Below are positions 34,026 to 45,313 of a stretch of 64,000 nt of DNA, one piece after another. The DNA comes from Macrostomum hystrix (taxonomy: Eukaryota; Animalia; Platyhelminthes): the NCBI GenBank assembly GCA_950097015.1, contig CATNEN010000037.1:4402001-4466000 (forward strand). The letters run 5' to 3'. A program made the position numbers and the translations under genes. How positions within the stretch are numbered: position 1 is the stretch's first letter; the number at the start of each line of letters is the position of its first letter. The notes below the pieces were generated by a model, which had not been told where the DNA came from, searched no databases, and saw only the letters and a program-made list of their open reading frames with translations.

Positions 34026-34970
34026 ATGTCCGGCAAATTTGTTCCCAAACGCGACGACTGGCGCTGTCCGGACGCCAAATGCGGCAACGTCAACTATGCT
34101 AAGCGCGATCGTTGCAATCGTTGCGGCATACCTAAGGGCACCGTAGGCGGAGGCGGCAGTAGCAGCAGCGACCGGCATGGCGGTGGCGGCGACAGGTACG
34201 GCGACAGGTACGGCGACAGGCACGGCGGAGACCGGCATGGTGACAGGCACGGCGGAGACCGGCATAGCGACAGGCGCAGCGGCGGCGGCGACTCTCGTCA
34301 CAGACAGCAGGCATCGAAATCCGAGATCGGACGCCAGACAGCCGAGAAGAGTCGGGGCCTATTCAGCCCGGAGGACTGGAACTGTCGTAGTTGTGGCAAC
34401 ATCAACTGGGCAAGGCGCAACATCTGCAACGTGTGCAACACGTCGCGCGACACCCAACAGTTGGGCCAGCGGACCGGCCTAGGCGGCGGCTTCATGGAGC
34501 GCGACGAAGTTGAACACCGCCGACGGAGAAACATTCGCGACGATGCCGACTCGGACGGCGAATACGACGAGTTTGGCCGGAAGAAAAAGCGTTACAGAGG
34601 CGGCGCTTCCGCCGGAAGCAGCTCAGATGCCAAATCGTCACCAGCCAAAGAGCGCAACAGAGACAGAGCTAAAGAAGAAGAAAAGAAAGACGAAGATGAG
34701 GAAAATGAGGAGGAGGACGACGATGACGGCGATTTGGCAAAGTACAATCTGTGGGCGGAGGACGGCGAAGCGAAGCCGATTAGCGGCGACGCCGGCGATC
34801 GCAAACGGAAAGTGGCGCCTAGGTCTCGCTCCGCGTCGGCCTCTTCTTCGTCGTCTTCTTCATCGTCATCGTCGTCATCGTCTGGCGGCGACGCTGCCGC
34901 AAAACGACGCCGACGCAGCGACGGCGAGTCTCCATCGACGTCGCCATCCAAATCAAACTCTAAACAGTAG
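34026..34970 (+). CDS. ZRANB2: Zinc finger Ran-binding domain protein 2 (splicing factor), CDS intronless
   Basis: Two RanBP2 fingers (DWRCPDAKCGNVNYAKRDRCNRC; GLFSPEDWNCRSCGNINWARRNICNVC), RTGLGGGFMER, DSDGEYDEFGRKKKRYRG, DDDGDLAKYNL and an S/R-rich tail. Confidence 0.95.
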   Translation: MSGKFVPKRDDWRCPDAKCGNVNYAKRDRCNRCGIPKGTVGGGGSSSSDRHGGGGDRYGDRYGDRHGGDRHGDRHGGDRHSDRRSGGGDSRHRQQASKSEIGRQTAEKSRGLFSPEDWNCRSCGNINWARRNICNVCNTSRDTQQLGQRTGLGGGFMERDEVEHRRRRNIRDDADSDGEYDEFGRKKKRYRGGASAGSSSDAKSSPAKERNRDRAKEEEKKDEDEENEEEDDDDGDLAKYNLWAEDGEAKPISGDAGDRKRKVAPRSRSASASSSSSSSSSSSSSSGGDAAAKRRRRSDGESPSTSPSKSNSKQ

Positions 34971-35484
34971 CAGCTCAATGATGATGTTAAATAATTAAAT
35001 AATTTAGCGAGTCAGTCTGCAATTAAACTGCCCTGTGTCTCTATGGTCTGCTTTTTCTATACGATGCCCACTCATCCGATTGCATTAAATAGTTGGCCTT
35101 TTGCTTTTTTGTATCTGTGTCTACTGTTTGTTGTACTTATAGTAGTAAATTGTGGGTGTTGTTTTTACATAACCACCAAATGCTTGCACTTGAGCACTTT
35201 CTATTAAGGCTAAAGAAAATAATGAGTTTTTATTTTATTGTAACATTTTTATCTTGTCAGTGGCATTACTAGCTGTACTGTAGTCATATTTATTCAACCT
35301 TCCCATTTAATAGTTTCATGAATTATATCTAGTAAATAGTAATAATGAAAATGTTCTAAATAACTATGGTGACTTGTTTATAACTAATTTGTGTCCTCAT
35401 CTTTCTCTCATATTATACTAGCCTATTGTTAACTGATTCATGATTCACCATTTTAACCTGACCCGACTTGCAGGCCGTTGGCTC

Positions 35485-37273
35485 ATGCAAGGCCATTGGG
35501 AAGAGCCGCGCGGCGATGACTTGCCACCAAGCGCGGAAGCGCAGCTGTTTGACGCGGCGGTGCGCGACCTGCTCATTGGCAGCCTGCTATTTGTGGCCCT
35601 GTTCCTATTGGCCCACCAGGCTCTGTCGCATTGCCGCCGGGCCGATCCGGAACTGCTACGATTGGATAGCGAAGAACGCATTGTTGACACTGTCACATTG
35701 CTAATCTGCACTCTCAGCCTGGCCGTTGCCATAGCAACCGTGCTACTCCTGCCCCTGTCGGTGATTAGCAACGAAGTGAAACTGGCCTATCCGGATTCAT
35801 TCTATATGCAATGGCTGACTGGTACTTTAGTGCTGCACCTGTGGCGCTGGGTCAGCTTATGCGCTAATCTATGCATCTTTGTACTTTTACCATTCGCCTA
35901 TCTGTTCTCCGAGAGTCAGGGCTATCCGGGCTCCAGGCCAGGCCTTTTGGCCAGATTCTACGAGACATTGTGCACATTTTGCCTGCTCTGCGTTGTATTG
36001 CTTGGCCTGGGCTCTACACTCTTTGCATTCTTCTGGCATGGCTCGTTTCTGGATTTGTGGCGGGTAAGTTTCACGATTGTTTTCCCATGGTAGTGATGGC
36101 TTCAGGGATTGTTATCCTCTGATAGTGATGGCTTCAGGGATTGTTATCCTCTGATAGTGATGGCTTCAGGAATTGTTATCCTCTGGTAGTGATGGCTTCA
36201 TAGGTTGTTATCCTCTGGTAGTGATGGCTTCAGGGATTGTTTTCCTATTGTAGTGATTGCTTCAGGGATTGTTTTCCTATTGTAGTGATGGCTTCAGTTC
36301 TAAGTTTCCAGTACTCCTTAATCCATCCCATACTAAATCGTGCACTTTTACCGGACAGTTTTACCTGCCGGCCCTGTTCTCTCTGGTGTCATTCTGCGCC
36401 GTGCTGCTGCTGCTACTGTGCACACCCATGGGCCACGTCTACCTGCTATTGTTCGCATTCCGGGGCGCCAGCGCCCAATTGAAGGCTCGTCTAGCCAGTC
36501 GGCCAAATGATCGACTGCGCAGTCAGCTCGAACAGCTGCATCGGGCTATGGCGCCGTCCGAATTCCGACTTCGCATTGGCCCACAACAGCAGCAGCAGCA
36601 GCAGCAGCAACTTTCAGCGTCTCAGCAACCGGCCGTGTTCTCGCCTGCCCGACTTCTCTGCCACCTGGCCCTGTTGTGCTGCAGCCTATTGCTAACACTG
36701 TTAGAATTCCTGTTCATTGCTCATCATCTGCTCCGACTGGCTGCCGGTATGCCGCAGGATCAGGAGCAGCAGCAGCAGCAGTCGCATCGTCCGCATCAGC
36801 TGCACGAAGCGTTCAGCTTCGGTGTCCGCTCCCTATCTTCTCTTGGCGGCATTGGCGCCCTGCTGCAGACGGCCCTGGTCCTTCACAGCCTGGCCTGCAG
36901 CCTCACCGGCTTGTACTCGCTTGGCCCGATGCGGCGAAGGGCCCTACGACCGCGCGACACGCCACTCATGCACATGCTGCTCAATGCATTCTGCCTGTTA
37001 TTGTGCGCCTCTGCTCTGCCGCTGCAGGCTCGCCTACTTGGCATCACCACCTTCTCTCTATTGGGCACCTTCGACTCCGCCACCGATTATTGGCTGGATA
37101 ATCTGCCCCTAATCCTTGTCTACGATCTGGTGTTCGCTAGCGCCACCGCCCTATGCGTTGTCAATCATTTTGCCCGCAAAGTTTGGCCAGACGTGCGGCA
37201 GCAGCCGTGGGCCAGGGTCTTTCTGTACAGTTCCACGGCCGCTGCCACCACTGTGGCGTCCAAGTCGGACTGA
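35485..37273 (+). CDS. LMBR1: LMBR1/lilipod family multipass membrane protein. Exons 35485-36063, 36359-37273
   Basis: LLLPLSVISNEVKLAYPDSFYMQWL, FVLLPFAYLFSESQG, DLWR|FYLPALFS..LLCTPMG, SALPLQARLLGITTFSLLGTF. Confidence 0.92.
36090..36300. repeat. 32-bp minisatellite (GTGATGGCTTCAGGGATTGTTATCCTCTGATA) filling the LMBR1 intron
   Basis: Tandem repeats. Confidence 0.92.
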
Positions 37274-37436
37274 AATCGGCTTAATCGAGCTTTTTGTCTT
37301 TTTTTCTGTTTAAATATTTTGTCCAAGGCTTAACGAAGTCCTGGTCTCTGTGTACTTTCTAAGAGGTCTGTAAGTTGCAAATTTCTAAAATTGCTTTCGA
37401 GGTTGTTGCCTAGTTGCCGTTATAGACTCGAACTTC

Positions 37437-37835
37437 CCCGCTAAAAAATAGGGATGTTTCTTTGGGTGATTCCAGTTGGAATCTGCGGTGTTTCCAGAAA
37501 AAGAAACAGCCGAACGCTGGAAACATACCAATCGGATGATTCCATGCTTAGAATCTACCCAACTGGGCGTTTTCTCGGTGCTTCTTAGTGGCGAAATGGA
37601 ATCACCCAAAGAATCCTCCAGTTCGGAAGATTCCATGCTCAGAAACCGCCGAGGAATCGCCCGTAAATAATTCTCTGGTTGTCCCATGGGCCACTGGTTC
37701 GGGTGATTCTTCGGCGGTTTCCGCACAATTTACGGTGGTTTCTTTAACTCTTGCGAGATAGGGGGGATTTTGGTAGATTCCCCTCCTATTTTGCACAAAA
37801 AACCCGCCGAAGAAGCAGCCGAATTTTTTACAGGG
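37437..37835. mobile_element. Possible CACTA/EnSpm-like MITE (CCC...GGG termini)
   Basis: CCCGCTAAAAAAT vs reverse complement CCCTGTAAAAAAT; 2-bp TC flank on both sides. Confidence 0.45.
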
Positions 37836-38633
37836 TCTGATCCGAATGAAAAAAATTGTCTAGAATATGATCTAGGATCCATTCAAATTGTGGTAATAAA
37901 TTACGTTAGCAGGCTAGACATATGCCTGCTATCGCAACCATCTACAGACCAAAACAGTTGCGCATAATTTCTTGTATCTCTTTACCATCTTAAGTCAGTA
38001 TTTTATTAATTTCGCATTGTTCCAATTCGCTTCTGCTTGCCTATCATCTATAAATATACCATACAGCGTTTGCATGCTAGGTATTAGTTAAGCTTTAGCT
38101 GTTGTATTTGCCTTAATTTCTAATGTTTAAAAGCATGTTAAAATTGTTTTTTTCTTACATTTTTGTTCACCACACGCACAATTCTATTTGACCTTGTTGG
38201 ATTCTGAAGTCAATTCCGCGCTATTATTAGCTTATATAGTGTAGGTAAGAGCTAATTACGCCGACCTTCTCATTGTGTCATGATTATCGATTGCCTCTGT
38301 AAATTATGTGGCTTTAAAATGCTTGTTTTGTCTAAGACTGCCTTTAAGCACTTTCGCTTGCTAATTCGCACCATTTCTTTCATTCCCAAGCCGTGTTAAA
38401 TGGCTTCTTCTAGTTTTCCCCAACAGAATAATTCGCATGTCTGATTGTAAGCATTCAAATGCTCTGAAGATGAGTTATTTTGTTGTTTCCCATTTGCTGA
38501 TGATACCATTGCCTACGCTAATACAGTATATGCTTCATGTCTATTCTAATCAAGAATGAATAGCCATGCGCCCAATAAACCATAAGTGTCTATTCAATCT
38601 TTTTATTCACCATGACTAGCCCTGGATCCGATG

Positions 38634-39382
38634 CCTTCAGTGAGCCACTGCCATCTCCTTCCAATCCCTTCAGTGAGCCACAGCCATCTCCTTCCAAACT
38701 CCTTTCAGTGAGCCACTGCCATCTCTTTCCATTCCCTTCAGTGAGTCACTGCCATCTCCTTCCAATCCCTTCAGTGAGCCACTGCCATCTCCTTCCAATC
38801 CCTTCAGTGAGCCACAGCCATCTCCTTCCAGTCCCTTCAGTGAGCCACAGCCATCTCCTTTCAATCCCTTCAGTGAGCCACTGCCATCTCCTTCCAATCC
38901 CTTCAGTGAGCCACTGTGATCTCCTTCCAATCCCTTTCTCCTTCCAATCCCTTCAGTGAGCCACTGCCATCTCCTTCCAATCCCTTCAGTGAGCCACTGC
39001 GATCGCCTTCCAATCCCTTCAGTGAGCCACTGCCATCTCTTTCCATTCCCTTCAGTGAGCCACAGCCATCTCCTTCCAATCCCTTCAGTGAGCCACTGCC
39101 ATCTCCTTCCAATCCCTTCAGTGAGCCACTGCGATCGCCTTCCAATCCCTTCAGTGAGCCACTGCCATCTCTTTCCATTCCCTTAAGTGAGCCACAGCCA
39201 TCTCCTTCCAATCCCTTCAGTGAGCCACTGCCATCTCCTTCCAATCCCTTCAGTGAGCCACTGCCATCTCCTTCCAATCCCTTCAGTGAGCCACTGCCAT
39301 CTCCTTCCAATCCCTTCAGTGAGCCACTGCCATCTCCTTCCATTCCCTTCAGTGAGCCACAGCCATCTCCTTCCGATCCCCT
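38634..39382. repeat. 33-bp minisatellite (CTTCAGTGAGCCACTGCCATCTCCTTCCAATCC), block 1
   Basis: Tandem repeats. Confidence 0.96.
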
Positions 39383-40535
39383 CTGTAAGCTGCTGTCGCC
39401 TCCTTAGAGAGGGATTATTCCCTATCTTCAAATCCCTTGTGCAAAAGTAAATTCATATATAGAATCATTTTTTACTGACTGCTGTGTTGTTTTACGAATA
39501 ATGTTTTGGGCACATATCTACTATTATCGGACCAAATCTAGGTTCACTAACAGGTGAGGTGCTGTGTTTTTAGTCATTATCATAATTTTTGTCACTTTCT
39601 CCCCGGTGTTTTAATGCCACCCGATGCCAGCGAGCTGACAGTTTTAAATCGATTAATTTTCAAAAACTATTAACAAACCTCTTGCAAAGAACAAACTTGC
39701 TTATCGGAAGCAACAGCAGCAGCAGTAGCAGTTTGTTAGCTGGCCATTCAAAGCCGCATTCATTTATTGATGTTTTTGCTAAAATGTCTCATGTCACACG
39801 CATAATAGCATATATACATTATTCTATTGTTGCTAATTACCAGTGAACTAAATTGTGGTCTAGTTTTGGTAGGTTATTGTCATTATTTGTGGTATACATA
39901 CTGTGCATAAGCACTAAATATTTTTCATTTACAACTAGAACTGTTCAGTACTGCCTGTTTATTTGCTTCTCTTGGTTATAACAAATCGATTTTTAGGTGT
40001 CTGTGAATTTATAGATTTGTTCTGAATATCTAATACTACTTAGAGTAGTAAAAATCAATTGTAAACTAATAAAATATTGCATGTTATCACTGGTTTAATA
40101 TGTATCAGTGTTGCTCTTCTAATGTACATAATATTACTTGGAACGACAGATAATTGCTGAATTGTACATAAAGCAGTGAAATCATTTATAAATAGTTGTA
40201 TTTATATTATCCGCTGGCCCTATTATTTACCTGGAAGCCATGTTTTGACCAGTCAAGCTCAATGTCGGTCATATCAGTTACGCTTGCTCTCCAATACACG
40301 TACAAGTGTTTAACTTGAAAATCTGCGCTTCATTTTATCTTCGACGTAAGCAATTTAACCATAAAGCATCGATAATTCACTTTTTAATCTATTACAGCAC
40401 AGTATGATTTGATTCGGTCTTTTTTTCTGAAGAATGTTGCCTCGATACATCCCAAACTATATTCTAGCTAAATGAGATTATTTTTGTTGCTCTATTGGTA
40501 ATTTTTACGGCTTGCGCATGGTATAGGCCACTTCA

Positions 40536-41512
40536 AATCCCTTCAGTGAGCCACTGCCATCTCCTTCCGATCTTTTCAGTGAGCCACTGTGATCTCCTTC
40601 AAATCCCTTCAGTGAGCCACTGCCATCTCCTTCCAATCCCTTCAGTGAGCCACTGCCATCTCCTTCCGATCCCTTCACTGAGCCACTGTGATCTCCTTCC
40701 AATCCCTTCAGTGAGCCACTGCGATCTCCTTCCGATCCCTTCAGTGAGCCACTGCCATCTCCTTCCGATCCCTTCAGTGAGCCACTGTGATCTCCTTCCA
40801 ATCCCTTCAGTGAGCCACTGCCATCTCCTTCCGATCCCTTCAGTGAGCCACTGCCATCTCCTTCCAGTCCCTTCAGTGAGCCACAGCCATCTCCTTCCAG
40901 TCCCTTCAGTGAGTCACTGCCATCTCCTTCCAATCCCTTCAGTGAGCCACTGCCATCTCCTTCCAGTCCCTTCAGTGAGCCACAGCCATCTCCTTCCAAA
41001 CTCCTTTCAGTGAGCCACTGCCATCTCCTTCCAATCCCTTCAGTGAGCCACAGCCATCTCCTTCCAGTCCCTTCAGTGAGCCACAGCCATCTCCTTTCAA
41101 TCCCTTCAGTGAGCCACTGCCATCTCCTTCCAATCCCTTCAGTGAGCCACTGTGATCTCCTTCCAATCCCTTCAGTGAGCCACTGCCATCTCCTCCCAAT
41201 GCCTTCAGTGAGCCACTGCCATCTCCTTCCAATGCCTTCAGTGAGCCACTGCCATCTCCTTCCAATCCCTTCAGTGAGCCACAGCCATCTCCTTCCAATC
41301 CCTTCAGTGAGCCACTGCCATCTCCTTCCAATCCCTTCAGTGAGCCACTGCCATCTCCTTCCAATGCCTTCAGTGAGCCACAGCCATCTCCTTCCAATCC
41401 CTTCAGTGAGCCACTGCCATCTCCTTCCAATCCCTTCAGTGAGCCACTGCCATCTCCTTCCAATCCCTTCAGTGAGCCACTGCCATCTCCTTCCAATGCC
41501 TTCAGTGAGTCA
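40536..41512. repeat. 33-bp minisatellite, block 2 (same unit as 38634-39382)
   Basis: Tandem repeats ending ~45 nt before the PSMD3 upstream acceptor. Confidence 0.96.
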
Positions 41513-41630
41513 CTTTTGAGACACTAATATGAAAACTAATTGAATTGGAACATTTTCAGCGCAGTTACTCTGTCTAATCAAATATTAGCACTTATTAACT
41601 AACCAAAGGCCAGGCTAAAGCAAGATTGAC

Positions 41631-44558
41631 ATGGGCACACAGAATGGCGAAATTAAGAAGGCCCAGCAGCAGCAGGCCACCGTTGCCACCGCCGCCAAGG
41701 CCGCCAACGAGGACGTTGAAATGGCCGACGACGAGGCGACGCGTGCCGACGCCGACACGCTCACGCTCGAGGACATCAAAGAGCAGGTGCGCCACATTGA
41801 GAAGGCGGTCCAGACCAAGGAGACGCGCTTCATGACCCGTACCGTTCGCTCGCTGGTGCCGCTGCGGCGTCGCCTGAACGAGGCTGTCCTACTGCGCCTG
41901 GCCCAGGCCTATTTTCCCGGCGTGTCGCCTAGCAAGGACGCATTCCTGGCCTTCCTATCCGCTGCCAGCTCCGGTTCCGGTGAGGCCCTCTTGTTGATTT
42001 AGCTCCGATGTGTCGAAAATTGCGTTAATTCACAACAAATTTTAATCCAGCAAAATTTGTTACTCATTAACCTGAAGATTGATAGAAATTACATCTAGCA
42101 TATTTGAACCTACGTCTAAGCACTTGGTGGTTGTAGCTTTGTGGTTAGAGCGTCTGACTCGCGTCTTGAAGGCCGGAGGTTCGATTCCCGACTCCACTGG
42201 AACAATTTGTGTCCTTTAGCAAGATACTTTCTTCAGTTCACCCAACTGTTAATTGGGTTAATAGAAGATTTGCGTTTTTGCCTTCAGGTCCCAGCGGACA
42301 GGCCTCCCGCCGCCTGCTACCCGAGACGGAAGTGTTTCTCCACCTGCTGCTACTGCTTCACCTGCTGGACTCCAATCGTCAGGCTGAAGCCGTTCGCTGC
42401 TCCCAGTTGCTATGGCAACGCACCGGCCAGTTCAACCGGCGCACCCTAGACATGCTGACAGCCAGGGCCTATTTCTACTTTGCTAGATCGCACGAATTGG
42501 CCGGCCAGTTGTCCACAGTGCGGCCCCAGATGCTGCAGCGGCTGCGCACCTGCACCCTGCGCCAGGACTGGCACGGCTGCGCCACGCTCACCAACTGCCT
42601 GCTCCGCTCCTACCTCATGGACCGACTGTTGGATCAGGCTGCTCGCCTAGTTGACAAGTGCGCCTTTCCCGAGCTGGCGCCTAATCACGAACTGGCCAGG
42701 TATCATTTCTACCTGGGCAGGATTAGGGCCGCCCAGTTGCAGTACAGCGGTGCCGCTCAGCACCTGCAGCAGGCTCTGCGTAAGGCCGCCAGCGGTCAGC
42801 GCGCGCTTGGATTCCGCCAGATCTGCTACAAACTGCAGGTTAGACTGTTTATTTTTATTTTGCTAGCGGCTAACTGCCTTCATCGATATAGATTAAACCT
42901 ATATCGAATCCATATTGGTTAAAAAATAATTTTATATTGTCGATACAATATTGTCACTAATAGCAGCAGTCCTTTAGTACATTAGTGGTTTTTGCCACCA
43001 GACACCCTGACAATAATCGTTGTGATTCAGGAAGTTGTTTCATCAAATTTAGCGTAAAATTTTAGCCCGTGTTCTGTATTTTCACGTTGATTGGTTGATT
43101 ATTTTGGGGCAATACAGAAAAATGTAGGTTGACTGTTGCACAGAATATTTCTTCTGGGCTGAGATTCGAACTCCCGACCGTTGGGCTACGCGCTCACTGA
43201 GTCACCTTCTAATCTGTGTTAACTGGCTCCATCTGGGTCACTCCAAGTTCCTTGAGTCTCTAAAAGTCCTTTATAAGTGTCAACCCTAGACTATTAAGTT
43301 TTTCCTCCCAAATTCTAACAGGTGGTGGTGCAGCTGCTCATTGGCGAGACCCCAGACCGGCAGGCCTTCCGCGAGCCGGGCCTTCGTCGTCCGCTGGCTC
43401 CCTACCTGCGCCTGACTCAGGCCGTCCGCTCCGGACGCCTAGCCGAGTACAATGCTGTACTGCGGGACAATGCCGCCAGATTCAAAGCCGACGACACCTG
43501 GCTATTGTGCGTCCGACTGCGTCACAATGTCATCAAGGTCGGTGTCCGTCAGGTTGCCCTGTCCTATAGCCGAATCTCCCTGGCCGCTGTGGCCGCCAAG
43601 CTGCAGTTGGACTCGGCCGAGGAAGCCGAATATGTGGCCGCCAAGGCTATTCTAGATGGCGTCATTGAGGCCACCATCGATCACAAGGCTGGCACTTTGA
43701 GCAGCCGTGAGACTGCCGACCTGTACGGCACCCCCGAGCCGGCTGATCAGTTTCAGCAGCGCATCAACTTCTGTCTGCAGGTAGGCGTCTTTCGTGTGTT
43801 TTTTTATTTCATAATAATATGTTTTAAAATCTGCTTAACAGTAGGACTACAGAGCCATTTTTCGCCCGTTGGGTGGTGACTGATAGTTTGACAGACTAGA
43901 CGATGGTGTACTGTGGTTGAGCTGCGCCTAATACTTAGGCTTGATCAGTGAAACAGGAGAAATTCGCGTCAGGGTGTCCATAGTGGACTAGTTCCACCTT
44001 TTGTAGCCCTTGAAGGTCCAGCAGACCGTCTAGATAAATGATGATGCGGGCACATTCGGGTGACATGCTGATCAATTTTGAAGGCCTGTTTCAGAAGATG
44101 CGCAACAAAAAGTTGGCTCGTGTTCTTGAGTTTTGTGTGCTTGCATTGCTCCGTTCGGGTGCAGCACAAAACTAATCAGGGGAGAATTCCCCCCTTGGTA
44201 GTCTACTGTTATACTGTTGAAATACATCTTCACTGCGTTGCCATGGCAACCAATCTAAAGCAACAGTCAAAATCATTCATGTTGTGTTACCATGGCATCC
44301 AATTTCAAATCGTTGTCAAAATATTATTTATATAACCGCCTCACATTTTCAATGCCCATGTTTTGGATTATGTTGCCATGGCAACTGCCTACTCTCTCCC
44401 ATGTGTTCCAGGTCCGCGAACAGTCGGTGCGCGCAATGCGCTACCCGCCTAAGAAGTACACGGAGGATTTGGAGAGCGCCGAGGAGCGTCGCGAGAGGGA
44501 AGCGGCCGAGTTGGAAACTGCCAAGGAGATGAGCGAGGATGACTATGACGACTTTTAA
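41631..44558 (+). CDS. PSMD3: 26S proteasome regulatory subunit Rpn3. Exons 41631-41979, 42288-42838, 43322-43780, 44412-44558
   Basis: [96 protein letters not shown]. Junctions in phase. Confidence 0.96.
42124..42262 (+). mobile_element. tRNA-derived SINE family B (CORE-like) in PSMD3 intron 1
   Basis: A box TAGCTTTGTGG, B box GGTTCGATTCC, then TGTGTCCTTTAGCAAGATACTT; homologous to the 27176 copy. Confidence 0.75.
43140..43205 (-). mobile_element. tRNA-like SINE head fragment
   Basis: Minus strand GACTCAGTGAGCGCGTAGCCCAACGGTCGGGAGTTCGAATCTC contains a B box; no convincing cloverleaf. Confidence 0.4.
44237..44385. promoter_or_regulatory. Cluster of three RFX X-box motifs in the last PSMD3 intron
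   Basis: Perfect palindrome GTTGCCATGGCAAC at 44237-44250 and 44372-44385; near match GTTACCATGGCATC at 44286-44299. Confidence 0.6.
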
Positions 44559-45313
44559 GCTAGCAAAGATGTTGACACTGGCCTCTATAACCGGTTTCTG
44601 GCTAAGCTTTGTATCCAACCCCAAATCTTAACCAGTGAATGACCGTTTGCTTGTCTCTGTGCCTGTCGGTTCTCCTGTTTCTCCCTTCCCTTGGCTAGTA
44701 GTGAAAAGCGCTGTTGCATGGCGGTATTTTAGCGCGCACAAGAAAAGTACATTTAACTAAAATATTGACAAAATGGGTGGCTTTGATATATTATTCCGCT
44801 TTTCAGTGCATTCTACTAATAATATTATAACTAATGATTATATAATCAAATAACCTATTAATGCTATTTAAGTTGTCTTATCTCTAGTTTAATACTGTGA
44901 AAATCATCCCCCTACTCAATATAACAAAATACGCAGTGTCCCACCCGTTAAACACTGAACGGCAATTTTATTTTCTATTATTAGTTTACATACCTGTTAT
45001 TGCAGCACTATTTCCTAAATACTATCAACCTTAGGCAGAAAAAAGCTTTCTCCGCACATCAGCAGTGTTAAATATAAAACTGTCCTACAAAATCCTATTT
45101 ATTGTTTCAAGAAAGGGTAGTCCTATATAATAGACTGCGAGTTCTAATTTATTTTTTTATTTGGGTCTGAATGTTTGAATTCTAAGAAGTGATTTTGGTT
45201 CGCAAATACAAAAAATTAAAACAAATTGCTACATCGGTTTTTCAGCTCTAGCACATCTTAAAAGGCACAGCTTCATTTTTGAACTGCAAATCAATTTTTA
45301 ATAGAAAGTCAGC

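Noticed and set aside
38612-41519. GDGSGSLKGLE / SVSHCHLLPIP repeat ORFs
   Set aside because: Artefacts of the 33-bp array; several frames on both strands are open.
42124-42200. tRNA gene
   Set aside because: A and B boxes are present, but there is no convincing cloverleaf and it continues into a body shared with another copy, so it is a SINE head.
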